Shown piece by piece: positions 19,880 to 30,904 of a stretch of 64,000 nt of DNA; the stretch's first letter is position 1; the number at the start of each line of letters is the position of its first letter. This stretch comes from Acidobacteriota bacterium (lineage in GTDB: Bacteria > Acidobacteriota > Blastocatellia > RBC074). Both the position numbers and the translations under genes were made by a program. The notes under the pieces are model-generated. The model did not search any database. It saw only the letters and a program-made list of their open reading frames with translations, and had not been told where the DNA came from. The stretch covers positions 19,061 to 83,060 of the forward strand of contig JANRKX010000083.1 of NCBI GenBank assembly GCA_033763255.1, written 5' to 3'.

Positions 19880-22384
19880 TTACTTCGCTGCTCCTTCCAA
19901 ACTCTTGATCGCATCCATCGCGGCGGCTTTCAACTGATCCAGGCATTCGCTGGCTTGCGCTTCGCGCAGAGCGGGCAAGCCGCGTTTGTCGCCGACTTTG
20001 CCCAGCGCGCGAATGGCTGACACGCGCGCGCGAATGTGTTTGTCTTTGGTCAATTCGATCAAATGGTCAACGATCTTTTCGGCTTTGTCTTCTTTCTGAA
20101 GCTCTTTTCCGAGCGTTCCCAGACAGCCGATGGCAGCGACGCGAATCGGAACCGGTTGGCCGTATTTGCTGTGGTCGAGCGCCAGATCAACTCCGCGTTT
20201 GTCTTTGGCCTGATTGATTCCGTGAAAGACCGCGGCGGTGATGACTTCCTGCCACGAAGTTCGAGTCAGCGCGGCTTTCATCGCGTCGAAGGCTTTGTCG
20301 CTGCCGATGCCGGCCAGCGCGCGAACGGCGGCGACTGTGGCGAAATAACTTTCTTCGCGTTGCGAAACGTCGCGCAGCCAATCTGTCGCGGCTTCGTCTT
20401 TGAAATTGCCCAAAGCCCAAACGACGCTTCGGCGGACGCGGCTGTCTTTTTCGACTTTGTAATGTTCAGTCAAAATCGTTCGCGCTGTGTTGCCGGCGAT
20501 TTCTCCAAGTGAAATCGCCGCAGCCATTCTTATTCCGTAAAAGTCTTCGCCGGTCAGCGCAACGCTCAATGCCGCAATGGTTTCCTCGCCTTTGAATTCG
20601 GATAACTCTCTGGCGGCGCGAATGCGATCCAGCACGTCTTCGGCTTTGCTGAGTTGATAGCTGAGTTCCTGAGCCGACTTCGGAAAGTTCATCAGCTTGA
20701 AAATGCGATGGCCTTTGTCGAAAAGCACCATTCGCGGTTTGGCTTCGCAAGGGAAGTAAAAATCCTGCTCGGCTTTGGTAATTTCGACGCGGTAAGTTTG
20801 GCGGCGTTCGGTTTCGATGATCTCGCCCGGCTCGACGGTCGTCAGTTCGATTTCCACCGGGAAGCGAAAGACAGGCGTCAACTCATCTTCGTTTTCCTGA
20901 GTTTGTTTGACTGACACGCGCAACAGCTTTTGTTCGCGCTGCCATTCGTAGCTGACTTCCAGTTCGGGATAACCCGCGCAGTGCAGCCATTGATCGAAAA
21001 ACCAGTGCAGGTTTTGGCCTGTGGCTTCTTCGATGGCGATTTTGAAGTCGTTGGTTTCGGCGACGTTGAATTCAAACTTCTTCAGGTAAACGGCCAGCGA
21101 ACGGAAGAAACCTTCATCGCCCAATGTCCAGCGCAACATGTCCAGCACGCACGCGCCTTTTTCGTAAGCGTGACGATCCATCAACTCTTCGGAAAAGCGA
21201 TACCGGCGACAATCAATCGGGCGGCGATGACTGGTCCAATCTTCGCGCAGATAAGTCATGAAATCCTGAAAGATGACAAAACGTGCTTCGTCGCGTCCGC
21301 GCGAATGTTCGCGCCACAGGTATTCGCTGTAAGTGGCAAAGCTTTCGTTCAGCCAAATCTGCGTCCAGTCTTTGCACGTCACCAAATCGCCCCACCATTG
21401 ATGCGCCAGTTCGTGAGCCACAATGTCGTCGTAGTTGATGTCCAGTTCGGCTTGGGAATCCAGCAAACAGCGGTCGGTGAAGGTCGAAGCCGAGGTGTTT
21501 TCCATCGCTCCGAACAGAAAATCATCCACCAGAATCTGGGCGTATTTGGCGTAAGGGTATTTGTAGCCGAATCGTTGCTCGAACAGTTCAATCATTTTTG
21601 GTGTGTTGGCAAACAGTTTTTGCCCGGCGGCAACGCGGTCTTTGTAAACGTAATAATCCACGGGCAAATCTTTATAACTGTCTTTGATTTGCTCGTATTC
21701 GCCGATAACCAGCGTCACCAGATAAGCGGAATGAGGTTGCGCCAGGCTCCAATGAAAAGTCCGCGTGTTGTCAGGGTTGTTATGAACTCCGAGCAGTTCG
21801 CCATTCGACAGCGCGAAGTCACTGGCTTTGACCGTCACCAGCATTTCAGTCGTCATTTTCTGGTTGGTCACGTCGTGGCAAGGAAACCACCAATGCGAGT
21901 CTTCGTTTTCGCCTTGCGACCAGATTTGGCGAGGTTTGTTTGGGTAGGCTTCGTCGGGTTTTATGAAAAACAGTCCTTTGCGCGGGAAGCAGGAATAAGC
22001 GATGGCGACAGTAATTTGTTCGTCGCGCTTGTAGCCGCGATCCAGTTCAATAACCAGCCGGTCAGAGTGAGTTTCAAATTCCAACGGAGAGCCAGTCGGC
22101 AACTTGACACTGGCAACGCGCATTTCCGAAGCGTCGAGTTCAAAATGAGCGAACCCATCGTTGATCGGCGATAAGGTCACGGTTGCCGTGCCTTCGACGG
22201 ATTCCTGTTCGTCGTCAATTCGCAATTCCAGTTTCAGATGGTTGATGTTGAATCGGCGGTTGGGCGTCTGACGCTCTTCGCCTTCGACGGGCGAACGGTC
22301 AATGTTGGCAGCAGTTTCGTAAAGATTCACGTCCGACCATGACCGCGGATCGAGCAGCGCAGGATGAATAAGTTTATCGTTCAT
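19880..22384 (-). CDS. M1 family aminopeptidase with C-terminal HEAT repeats
   Basis: GAMEN, HELAHQWWG...WLNESFATY, YEKGA; HEAT-like repeats at C-terminus. Confidence 0.92.
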   Translation of the reverse strand: MNDKLIHPALLDPRSWSDVNLYETAANIDRSPVEGEERQTPNRRFNINHLKLELRIDDEQESVEGTATVTLSPINDGFAHFELDASEMRVASVKLPTGSPLEFETHSDRLVIELDRGYKRDEQITVAIAYSCFPRKGLFFIKPDEAYPNKPRQIWSQGENEDSHWWFPCHDVTNQKMTTEMLVTVKASDFALSNGELLGVHNNPDNTRTFHWSLAQPHSAYLVTLVIGEYEQIKDSYKDLPVDYYVYKDRVAAGQKLFANTPKMIELFEQRFGYKYPYAKYAQILVDDFLFGAMENTSASTFTDRCLLDSQAELDINYDDIVAHELAHQWWGDLVTCKDWTQIWLNESFATYSEYLWREHSRGRDEARFVIFQDFMTYLREDWTSHRRPIDCRRYRFSEELMDRHAYEKGACVLDMLRWTLGDEGFFRSLAVYLKKFEFNVAETNDFKIAIEEATGQNLHWFFDQWLHCAGYPELEVSYEWQREQKLLRVSVKQTQENEDELTPVFRFPVEIELTTVEPGEIIETERRQTYRVEITKAEQDFYFPCEAKPRMVLFDKGHRIFKLMNFPKSAQELSYQLSKAEDVLDRIRAARELSEFKGEETIAALSVALTGEDFYGIRMAAAISLGEIAGNTARTILTEHYKVEKDSRVRRSVVWALGNFKDEAATDWLRDVSQREESYFATVAAVRALAGIGSDKAFDAMKAALTRTSWQEVITAAVFHGINQAKDKRGVDLALDHSKYGQPVPIRVAAIGCLGTLGKELQKEDKAEKIVDHLIELTKDKHIRARVSAIRALGKVGDKRGLPALREAQASECLDQLKAAAMDAIKSLEGAAK

Positions 22385-22693
22385 GGCTGTCTAGTTTCTT
22401 GGTTTGACCGGGAAGATGCAAGACTTTGTTTTTGGATGCGTCGGTTGTTTTGGCCTACGGGGCGACGGTATGATTGCCTACGGTTGAGGGACACATCACC
22501 AATCAACCGTAGCATTCAAAAAAACAGAGTCCAAAACTGCTTTGCTGGGAATTCAGAGCAACCTGACCGCAGGTTGTCCCCAATAACACATTGATTCCGA
22601 CCAGGAATCAAATCTCGACTGGGCTGCGGAAAATCAGACCGAACGATGACGAATTGCAGCCCGAAGCACCAGCATAGGTGAAGGAGATAGCTA

Positions 22694-25600
22694 ATGAAAA
22701 AGCAATTGAAGTATCTGGCTTCCGCCATTGCCATGACGCTTGCATTGATGATCGCAAACGTCGTTTCCGCCAACGCGCAAGTCTCCAGTACAACCGCCGA
22801 AGTGCGCGGGCAAATCACAGACAGCACAGGAGCTGTCATTCCCGGTGCAACAGCCACGCTGACCGATGTCAGCAAAGGCGCGGTTCGCACCGCCACCACT
22901 GACGCTGAAGGCAATTATGTCTTTCTGGCGTTGCTGCCCGGAGCTTACGATTTGAAAATCGAAGCCAAAGGCTTTGCCGGAAAAACCACTCGTCTGGAAT
23001 TGACCGTCGGCCAGCAAGCCAACATTTCATTCCAACTGGTTGCCGGTGGAGTTGAAATCAAAGTGGATGTCATCGCAGGCGGAGAAGTCGTCGAAACTTC
23101 GCGCCCGGAACAATCCTCTGTGGTGGACACCAAACAAATCACTAACCTGCCGATCAATCGCCGCAATTTTCTGGATTACGCTTTGCTGACTCCGGGCGTG
23201 GTGGATGCCGACAACATCGCTGACGCTTCGGATTATCGCGTAGCGCAAACGCCGCAATCCGGCCTGTCGTTCGGCGGTAACAACGGACGCGGCAACATGG
23301 TTCAGGTGGACGGTGCTGAAACGCTTAGCTCTTCAGGCGGCGTGCAGGCGACTGTCAGCCAGGAAGCCGTTCAGGAATTTCAGGTCGTTCGCAACAGCTT
23401 CAGCGCGGAATTCGGTGGAGCGGCGGGCGGTGTTGTCAACATTGTTTCCAAATCAGGAGCCAACAAGTATTTCGGCAGCGCCTTTGGCCTGTTCCGCAAT
23501 CAGGCTTTGGATGCTCGCAATGCGTTTGACTTCAACCCGGACGGCCAATCGCCTTTCAGCCGCTATCAATACGGCGGTTCGGTTGGTGGGCCGATCAAAC
23601 AGGACAAAACCTTTTTCTTCCTGGTGGCAGAGCGTTTGGATCAGGAGCGCACGGCGTTCGTCAATTTGCTGAACGATCCGAATATCTTTCAACCGACGGC
23701 TTCGCAGAATGCGCTGTTGAATTATCTGGGCACGATTCCGACTTTCGCTCCGTTGGCGGCAACCGGTCGCGCAGCCTTGACCACCAGTTCGCAACTTTAT
23801 CCGCGCACGGTGAATCTGTTTACCCAAGCCAGCGGACAGTTTCCGTTCGATGAAGCGCAGACGCAGTTTTCGGCTCGCGTGGATCACAACTTCAGCGACA
23901 AGAGCACGGGTTATTTGCGTTTCAATCTGACCGATTCGTTTTTCCAGAATCAGGCTGCCGGAGCGTTGACGGCGGTGTCGCGCGGACGCACCTTCGATGC
24001 GTTCAACGGTGGCGTAGTCGCTTCGCACAACTATCAATTTGGCACCAGCGCGTTCAATGAAGTGAAGTTGCAGTTCAGCCACACGCGGTCGGCTTTCGTG
24101 CCGAACGATCCGAACGGCCCCGAATTCAACATCGAAGGTTTCGGCAATTTTGGCCGAGACATTTTCCTGCCGTCAGAAACCATCGAACGGCATTACGACA
24201 TTTACGACAACTTCACGAAGATTTCTGGCAATCACACGTTGAAATTCGGCGGCTCGCTGTTTTTCCACGATGTTTCCAGCAACAGCGAAACCTTCTTTGG
24301 AGGCCGTTTCAATTTCGGCGCGGCGTTTCCGCTGTCAACGGTTCTGGCGCTTGACCCGCGAGTAGGCCCGACAGTCGTCGGGCAATTGTCGGCGTTCCTG
24401 CAAGCCAACCAACCGAATTTGCTGCCTGCGCTTGGCGCTCCGATCAACGCGCTGCAATCTTTCAATCTGGGATTGCCAACGGTTTACCAGCAAGGTTTCG
24501 GCGACGCGGCGGCGACCAGTTGGACGAATCGGTATGGTTTTTATGTGCAAGATGCCTGGAAAGCCGCGCCGAACTTTACGCTCAATTTGGGACTGCGGTA
24601 CGCCATTCACGACGAACCGTTTTTCGTTCCGACTTACAAACGCGACTGGCAACCGCGCGCCAGTTTTTCGTGGGATCCTTTCAAAAACGGCAAGACGGCG
24701 ATTCGCGGCGGAGCGGGCGTTTTCGTGGGCTTCCTGAACAATGCCGTTGCCAACGTGACGCGCGAATTGGGCGGTTTTGCCGATCCGACCAGCATCTTCA
24801 TTGTGCTGGCTACGCCGACAACCAATTCGTTCGGCTTGCCGCGTTCGTTTGATATGTATGCCGGACTGGCGCAATTGACGAACAACTTTTCGCGTCCGAT
24901 CACATTGAACGACGTTCGCCAAATCCTGCCGCCTGCTTCGTCGCTTCCGGCGGGAGTGACGGCGCGTCCGATTACGCCGGGTCCTGGAACTCCGCTGGAA
25001 GTCCGATTCCGGCAGGAAGCCACTTATCGCAACCCGGTCAGTTATCAATCCAGCTTCGGAATTCAGCACGATCTGGGCAAAGGATTTTCGCTGGATGCCG
25101 GATATTTGTATGTTCGCGGATTGCACATCACGCGCAACCGCGACATCAATCAGTTCAAAGCGACCGGCCCGGTCAGCGCGTTGAACCCGAACGGCGGGCC
25201 TAGCTTCATTCGGTTCCCAACGGCGGCTCAGGCGCAAGCCGGGTTGACCAGCGATTTCCGCAATCCGCTGCGGTTGCAGGACAACGTGTATGAAACGACC
25301 GCCAATTCGTTTTATCACGCGATGACCTTGCAGGTGCAAAAACGATTCGCCAACAATTTCAGCTTGAACGCGCATTACACCTTGTCGAAAGCGATTGACG
25401 AAGTGACCGATTTCAACAGCGATTTTTCGGCGCAGAATCCGTTGAATCTGCGGTTGGATCGCGCGTTGTCTGCTTTCGATCAGCGGCATCGTTTCGTCGC
25501 CAGCGCGGTCATTCAAAGCTGGTGGACGAATCCTGTGGCCAAAGATTGGTCATTGGCTCCGATTGTCGTGGCGCAAAGCGGTCGCCCGTTCAACGTGTTG

Positions 25601-25984
25601 CTGGGTTTTGACGCCAACGCCGACGGGCGCGCGCAAAGCGACCGACCGGGACAGGCCGGACGCAACACCGGTCGAGGCGAAGCGTTTTACAGCTTCGATC
25701 TGCGGCTGGCGCGTCGCTTCCTGGTCAAAGAATCCCGTTTCCTGGAATTCACGTTTGAAGCCTTCAACCTGTTCAATCGCGTCAATTTCCTGGGCATCAA
25801 CAACGTCATCGGCGGAGCCTGTGCGGACAGCGGCGGCTTGCCGATTCCTTGCACGACTGGCGGAACGCCGCTGACCAACTTCAGTTTGCGCGGTCAGGAA
25901 AACAGACTGCCGACTCAACCGCTAGGATTCACTTCGGCGGCTGACGCTCGTCAGTTGCAACTTGGAGTTCGATTCAACTGGTAA
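22694..25984 (+). CDS. TonB-dependent receptor (Oar-like, N-terminal carboxypeptidase-regulatory-like domain)
   Basis: Signal peptide, [29 protein letters not shown]...SAEFGG, C-terminal [11 protein letters not shown]. Confidence 0.9.
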   Translation: MKKQLKYLASAIAMTLALMIANVVSANAQVSSTTAEVRGQITDSTGAVIPGATATLTDVSKGAVRTATTDAEGNYVFLALLPGAYDLKIEAKGFAGKTTRLELTVGQQANISFQLVAGGVEIKVDVIAGGEVVETSRPEQSSVVDTKQITNLPINRRNFLDYALLTPGVVDADNIADASDYRVAQTPQSGLSFGGNNGRGNMVQVDGAETLSSSGGVQATVSQEAVQEFQVVRNSFSAEFGGAAGGVVNIVSKSGANKYFGSAFGLFRNQALDARNAFDFNPDGQSPFSRYQYGGSVGGPIKQDKTFFFLVAERLDQERTAFVNLLNDPNIFQPTASQNALLNYLGTIPTFAPLAATGRAALTTSSQLYPRTVNLFTQASGQFPFDEAQTQFSARVDHNFSDKSTGYLRFNLTDSFFQNQAAGALTAVSRGRTFDAFNGGVVASHNYQFGTSAFNEVKLQFSHTRSAFVPNDPNGPEFNIEGFGNFGRDIFLPSETIERHYDIYDNFTKISGNHTLKFGGSLFFHDVSSNSETFFGGRFNFGAAFPLSTVLALDPRVGPTVVGQLSAFLQANQPNLLPALGAPINALQSFNLGLPTVYQQGFGDAAATSWTNRYGFYVQDAWKAAPNFTLNLGLRYAIHDEPFFVPTYKRDWQPRASFSWDPFKNGKTAIRGGAGVFVGFLNNAVANVTRELGGFADPTSIFIVLATPTTNSFGLPRSFDMYAGLAQLTNNFSRPITLNDVRQILPPASSLPAGVTARPITPGPGTPLEVRFRQEATYRNPVSYQSSFGIQHDLGKGFSLDAGYLYVRGLHITRNRDINQFKATGPVSALNPNGGPSFIRFPTAAQAQAGLTSDFRNPLRLQDNVYETTANSFYHAMTLQVQKRFANNFSLNAHYTLSKAIDEVTDFNSDFSAQNPLNLRLDRALSAFDQRHRFVASAVIQSWWTNPVAKDWSLAPIVVAQSGRPFNVLLGFDANADGRAQSDRPGQAGRNTGRGEAFYSFDLRLARRFLVKESRFLEFTFEAFNLFNRVNFLGINNVIGGACADSGGLPIPCTTGGTPLTNFSLRGQENRLPTQPLGFTSAADARQLQLGVRFNW

Positions 25985-26011
25985 AGCTGAATCGCTAAAT
26001 GCAGCGCACTG

Positions 26012-26056
26012 AAAACGCCGAGCTTGACCAAGACGATTGGCAGGCTCGGCGTTTTT
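26012..26056 (+). terminator. Intrinsic terminator
   Basis: aaaacgccgagc...gctcggcgttttt after the receptor gene. Confidence 0.7.
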
Positions 26057-26189
26057 GTCATTTTGTCGGCTCGAAATAAATGTGCGATGATTCGGCCTCA
26101 TTCCAACGCAGTAAATTCCAGCAACAAACAATCTCCGGGCGGCAATAATCCCGGATCAACTTTGGCTTAATTGAAGGAGGCAAAAGCTT

Positions 26190-26996
26190 ATGTTTTCAAG
26201 GCGAATGATCGCCGTATTTTTACTGGCACTGGCCGTGGTGGGCAGCGCCGCTTGCGGAGGCAATAAAGAAGAAACGGCTGCTCCGGCTGCCGCCGGCCCA
26301 ACCTGGAAACCGACCGGCAACGAAGGCAACGTCACCGGAACCATTGCCTTTGCCGGAACCGCTCCAGCACCGAAAAAACTGGATACGTCGAACGACGGCG
26401 CTTGCGGCGAAGCCTTCGCCAACGATGTGTTGGTTGCGGACGGCAAGCTGCAAAACGTGTTTGTATACGTGAAAAGCGGATTGCCCGCCGATGCCAATTT
26501 TGAAATTTCCGCGACGGAAGTCACGCTCGATCAAAAAGGCTGCGTGTACATGCCGCGCGTTCTTGGCATACAAGCTGGTCAACCATTGAAAATCGTCAAC
26601 TCCGATCAGACCAATCACAACATTCACCCAGTGCCGAAAACCAACCGCGAATGGAATGAATCGCAGTTGAAAGGGCAGGCTCCGATCATCAAAAAATTTG
26701 CCAAAGCCGAAACGCAAATTCCGGTGAAGTGCAACATGCATTCGTGGATGCTGGCTCATATCAACGTCATGGCTCATCCGTTCTTTGCCGTCAGCGGCGC
26801 CGATGGCTCGTTTTCGATCAAAGGCTTGCCGCCCGGCGATTACGAACTCGAAGCCTGGCACGAAAAGTTCGGCGCCAAGACGCTGAAAGTTACCGTCGCC
26901 GCCAAAGCTGATGCCAAAGCTGATTTTTCGTTCGATGCGGCGAAGGCTTACAACGCCACTTCGCTGAAGGTTCAACCGGCGCTTGTTCTTCCTTAA
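26190..26996 (+). CDS. Lipoprotein with cupredoxin-like core and carboxypeptidase-regulatory-like domain
   Basis: Lipobox GSAAC; LDQKGC, HNIH, CNMHSWM; GDYELEAWHE. Confidence 0.75.
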   Translation: MFSRRMIAVFLLALAVVGSAACGGNKEETAAPAAAGPTWKPTGNEGNVTGTIAFAGTAPAPKKLDTSNDGACGEAFANDVLVADGKLQNVFVYVKSGLPADANFEISATEVTLDQKGCVYMPRVLGIQAGQPLKIVNSDQTNHNIHPVPKTNREWNESQLKGQAPIIKKFAKAETQIPVKCNMHSWMLAHINVMAHPFFAVSGADGSFSIKGLPPGDYELEAWHEKFGAKTLKVTVAAKADAKADFSFDAAKAYNATSLKVQPALVLP

Positions 26997-27002
26997 AAGA
27001 CT

Positions 27003-27092
27003 GGTGCGGAACAAGGAGCGGTAGCGACTTGGTTGGTTTGTGAGGAATGACAATCACAAATACCCGGTCGCTACCGCTCGCGGTTCCGTACC
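27003..27092. repeat. REP-like palindromic element (same family as 1304-1373)
   Basis: ggtgcggaacaaggagcggtagcgac ... gtcgctaccgctcgcggttccgtacc. Confidence 0.75.
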
Positions 27093-27111
27093 GAACGCAC
27101 TCCGCAATCGT

Positions 27112-27933
27112 ATGGGACGTTTACTCGCAATCCTAATTTGGTTGATTACCGCTGGCACTGCGGTGTTTTTCGCGTGGTCGAAAACGAAAACCGGCTGGTG
27201 GTTTCCCGAAGCCATTTCAGAACATGCGGCGGCGATGGACAACCAGTTCAATCTGACCTGGGCAGTCGTCGCCGTAGCTTTTTTCGGCGCGCAAGCCGCG
27301 CTCGGTTACGCCGTTTGGAAGTTCCGCTCGAAGGGAAACGAACGCGCGACTTACAGCGAAGGCAACACGCGAATCGAAATCGTGCTGGTGGCAATTACCG
27401 GAATCGTCTTCATCGCGCTGGCCATCACAGGGCAGCGAGTCTGGGCGAATTTGCATTTGAATCAGGCTCCGGCTGACGCCGTTCAAGTCGAAGCCACCGG
27501 CCAGCAATTCAACTGGTACTTTCGTCATCCCGGAGCCGATGGTCGTTTCGGTTCTACCAGTCCGAAGCTTTATGACGACACAGACAATTCGGCTGGCGCG
27601 CGACCTGGCCCGTTGGGAATTGATCCGAAAGACCCGTCTGGTAAAGACGACATCTTCGGCCAAACGCTGGTGATTCCAATCAATCGCCCGATCAACCTAA
27701 CTCTGAGAGCCAAAGACGTGACGCACAATTTTTACGCTCCGGCGTTGCGATTGAAGCAAGACGCCGTGCCGGGTTTGAAGATCAATCTGCACTTCACGGC
27801 TACGAAAGAAGGCCGATACGAAATCGCCTGCGCTGAACTGTGCGGTCAGCTTCACCACCAGATGCGCGCTTACATGCGAGTCGTTTCGCAATCCGAGTTC
27901 GACAAATGGCTGAGCGAAAACGCGCCGAAGTAG
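27112..27933 (+). CDS. coxB: Cytochrome c oxidase subunit II
   Basis: TM helices, QQFNWYF, DVTHNF, CuA motif CAELCGQLHHQM; ATG 27112 preferred because the longer ORF start lies inside the REP element. Confidence 0.93.
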   Translation: MGRLLAILIWLITAGTAVFFAWSKTKTGWWFPEAISEHAAAMDNQFNLTWAVVAVAFFGAQAALGYAVWKFRSKGNERATYSEGNTRIEIVLVAITGIVFIALAITGQRVWANLHLNQAPADAVQVEATGQQFNWYFRHPGADGRFGSTSPKLYDDTDNSAGARPGPLGIDPKDPSGKDDIFGQTLVIPINRPINLTLRAKDVTHNFYAPALRLKQDAVPGLKINLHFTATKEGRYEIACAELCGQLHHQMRAYMRVVSQSEFDKWLSENAPK

Positions 27934-27960
27934 TTCAAACGAAGTAGCTCAAGAAAAGCT

Positions 27961-29703
27961 ATGGCTGAACAAATTCAAACATTACACGCCGCTCCAACAG
28001 GCTTCATTCGCAAATACATTTTCAGTACCGATCACAAAGTCATCGGCATTCAGTATTTCTTTCTGGCGCTGGTGGCTGCTCTGATCGGGCTGGTCATGTC
28101 TTTGCTGATTCGATTGCGGCTGGCCTGGCCGACAGAGCGTTGGCCTATGCTGGAAGCGATTTTTCCCGAAGGCTTCAAGGACGGATTGATGCAGCCGGAA
28201 TTTTATCTGGCGATGGTGACGATGCATGGGACGATCATGGTCTTTATGGTTTTGACCACTGCGCCGCAATCGGGATTCGGCAATTACTTTTTGCCGCTGC
28301 AAATCGGCGCGCGCGACATGGCTTTCCCTGTGTTGAATGCTCTGTCGTTCTGGCTGACGTTTTTGAGTTTCGCTGTGTTGCTTGCCGCGCTCTTTGTCGT
28401 CGGCGGAGCGCCACTCGGCGGATGGACGTTTTACCCGACCTTGAGCGCGATTCCTTCGGCTGGGCCCGGACAGGCGCTCGGAGCCGATTTGTGGATCGTC
28501 AGCATCGCGTTGTTTTGCGTGGCTTCGTTGCTGGGCGCGCTGAATTTCATCACGACGACCTTGAACATGCGAACCGCTGGCATGAGCTTGATGCGAATGC
28601 CGCTCAGTTGTTGGGGATGGTTCACGACGGCTGTGATTGCGTTGCTGGCGTTTCCGGTTTTGCTGGCTGGAGGAATTTTGCTGCTGCTGGATCGCAACGT
28701 CGGAACAGGATTTTTCATTCCGTCGGGGTTGGTGGTCTCAGGCAAGCTGATCGAAGGCGGAGGCGGTTCGACGATTTTGTGGCAGCACCTGTTTTGGTTT
28801 TTCGGCCACCCGGAAGTTTACATCGCTATCTTGCCGGGAATGGGCGCGACTTCACACATTCTGGCGACGTTTTCGCGCAAGCCTGTCTTCGGTCATCGCG
28901 CGATGGTCGTGGCGATGTTTGCAATTGGCCTGCTGGGCTTTTTCGTCTGGGGACACCACATGTTCATCAGCGGAATGAATCCTTCTGTCGCCATAGCCTT
29001 TTCCGTTCTGACGCTGGTCATCGGAGTTCCGTCGGCAATCAAAACCTTCAACTGGTTGGGGACGTTGTGGGGCGCGCGCATTCGCTTTACGACGCCGATG
29101 CTGTTCGCCATCGGATTCGTTTCGCTGTTTGTCGCTGGCGGAGTCACTGGCTTGGTGCTCGGTCAAACGGCGCTGGACGTAGTTTTTCACGACACGCATT
29201 TCGTCACGGGGCACTTTCATTTGATTATGGGAGTGGCCGCGATTTTCGGAATCTTCGCGGCGACGTATTACTGGTTTCCGAAAATGTTCGCGCGGACGAT
29301 GAACGAAGCTCTGGGCAAACTGCACTTTGCGCTGACGTTCTTTGGCGTGTACGCCATCTTCATTCCGTTTCACATTCTGGGCATCGCCGGGCATCCGCGA
29401 AGGTACGCCGATTCGACCGGCTACGAATTTTTGAAGGCGCTCGATCCGCTGCACGTGATTATCACCATCGCGGCTTTTGTGACGGCGGCGGCGCAACTGA
29501 TTTTCCTGATCAACTTTTTCTGGAGCCTGTTCAAAGGCAAACGCGCTGAGGCGAACCCCTGGGAAGCGACGACGCTGGAATGGTCAACGCCTACGCCAGT
29601 GCCGCACGAAAACTTTGGCGAAGTTTTGCCGGTCGTTCATCGAATGCCTTATGAGTATTCGGTCCCTGAGGCTGAAAAGGATTACTTGATGCAGACTGAT
29701 TGA
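27961..29703 (+). CDS. coxA: Cytochrome c oxidase subunit I (A1-type)
   Basis: TDHKVIG, TMHGTIM, WFFGHPEVYI, WGHHMF, HDTHFVTGHFH, PRRY. Confidence 0.97.
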   Translation: MAEQIQTLHAAPTGFIRKYIFSTDHKVIGIQYFFLALVAALIGLVMSLLIRLRLAWPTERWPMLEAIFPEGFKDGLMQPEFYLAMVTMHGTIMVFMVLTTAPQSGFGNYFLPLQIGARDMAFPVLNALSFWLTFLSFAVLLAALFVVGGAPLGGWTFYPTLSAIPSAGPGQALGADLWIVSIALFCVASLLGALNFITTTLNMRTAGMSLMRMPLSCWGWFTTAVIALLAFPVLLAGGILLLLDRNVGTGFFIPSGLVVSGKLIEGGGGSTILWQHLFWFFGHPEVYIAILPGMGATSHILATFSRKPVFGHRAMVVAMFAIGLLGFFVWGHHMFISGMNPSVAIAFSVLTLVIGVPSAIKTFNWLGTLWGARIRFTTPMLFAIGFVSLFVAGGVTGLVLGQTALDVVFHDTHFVTGHFHLIMGVAAIFGIFAATYYWFPKMFARTMNEALGKLHFALTFFGVYAIFIPFHILGIAGHPRRYADSTGYEFLKALDPLHVIITIAAFVTAAAQLIFLINFFWSLFKGKRAEANPWEATTLEWSTPTPVPHENFGEVLPVVHRMPYEYSVPEAEKDYLMQTD

Positions 29704-29715
29704 AAGGGACGGGAT

Positions 29716-30006
29716 ATGAAATTTGATTGGTTCAAACCGAAGGCCGAGAGTAACATTGAAAAACACGATGGCGTTTCATTCGAAGAAGCCACGACCGCTT
29801 TCGATGATCCAATGCAGACAGTCCTGGTTGACGACGCGCATTCCGAAGGCGAAGAACGTTTTATTTTGTTGGCAACATCCGTGCAGGGGCGAGTGCTGAC
29901 CATCAGTTACACAGAGCGCGGCGACGTTACACGCCGCATCATCAGCGCACGCGAAGCAACGCGACAGGAGAGACGAGAATATGAATCACACTATTACGAT
30001 TCTTGA
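29716..30006 (+). CDS. brnT: BrnT-family ribonuclease toxin (type II TA)
   Basis: MKFDW..KAESNIEKH.GVSFEEA..F.DP, EERF, RIISAREAT..ERREYE. Confidence 0.88.
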   Translation: MKFDWFKPKAESNIEKHDGVSFEEATTAFDDPMQTVLVDDAHSEGEERFILLATSVQGRVLTISYTERGDVTRRIISAREATRQERREYESHYYDS

Positions 30007-30232
30007 AGGTGAATGCGACCTTACTGACGATCTTCCAGCAGAACTTGATTTCACCAAATTAAAACCGGACTGGCAGCGAACCGAAAGGCAGCGTGCGATG
30101 GCACGGGCAAGGCTCATCCAACTTGATTCCGATTTACTTGCGTCTTTCCCGGACTCATTCGCGGTCAATCAGGCTTTGCGCGAATTACTGGTTAGGCGGC
30201 AGAGCGAAAGCGCAGGAGTTTTTGTTCAGTAG
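29981..30232 (+). CDS. BrnA-like antitoxin
   Basis: Overlaps brnT 3' end; LDSDLLASFPDSFAVNQALRELL C-terminal motif. Confidence 0.75.
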   Translation: MNHTITILEGECDLTDDLPAELDFTKLKPDWQRTERQRAMARARLIQLDSDLLASFPDSFAVNQALRELLVRRQSESAGVFVQ

Positions 30233-30247
30233 TGAGCGTTTGATGAC

Positions 30248-30904
30248 ATGCCAACGACACTAACCCCAACCAAACACGACGAACCCGATTTCGGCGCGGG
30301 TGGCAGAGGCTTTGACGACCTGCGCGGTTATGGCGGCGGAGACAATCGTCCGCCGGAACCGGAGCGGCAACCTCCTCCAGAAGGGTATCGCATAGGCGTT
30401 TGGCTGGTGTTGGCCAGTGTGACGATGTTGTTTGCCGCCCTGACCAGCGCCTATGTTGTCAATCGGGCGCACAGCATGCCGATTGTCATGCCGAAAGTGT
30501 TGTGGTTGAGCACGGCGTTGATTTTGGTCAGCAGCGCGACGTTTGAACTGGCTCGGCGAATGTTGAAACGCCGCGTTGAAAACAAATTCAAACTTTGGAT
30601 TGGCGTGACGACGGTGCTTGGTTTGGCGTTTTTGGTTTTGCAATTGGCGGCTTGGAGCGAATTGAAAGCCGCCGGGTTTTACGTCAACAAAAATCTCCAC
30701 AGCGGATATTCGTACCTGTTCACAGGGCTACACGGAGTTCACTTGATTGGTGGATTGGCGGCGTTGGCGTTTGTGACTTTGCGAGATCAATCGAAGTGGA
30801 CGGCGGTTCGGCGGCGCGTTGCCGTGGATGTAACCTCACTTTACTGGCACTTTCTGACTGGGTTGTGGGTTTTACTTTTTGTGATGCTCTTCTTCTGGAA
30901 ATGA
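30248..30904 (+). CDS. coxC: Cytochrome c oxidase subunit III (first part)
   Basis: MLFAALTSAY, TGLHGVHLIGG, YWHFLTGLW. Confidence 0.88.
   Translation: MPTTLTPTKHDEPDFGAGGRGFDDLRGYGGGDNRPPEPERQPPPEGYRIGVWLVLASVTMLFAALTSAYVVNRAHSMPIVMPKVLWLSTALILVSSATFELARRMLKRRVENKFKLWIGVTTVLGLAFLVLQLAAWSELKAAGFYVNKNLHSGYSYLFTGLHGVHLIGGLAALAFVTLRDQSKWTAVRRRVAVDVTSLYWHFLTGLWVLLFVMLFFWK

Noticed and set aside
27040-27111. N-terminal extension of CoxB from the ORF track (also the 5' extensions at 30595, 33334, 38092 and 39114)
   Set aside because: Extensions run through a REP element, intergenic DNA or upstream genes; downstream ATGs, mostly with an RBS or stop-start coupling, fit better.
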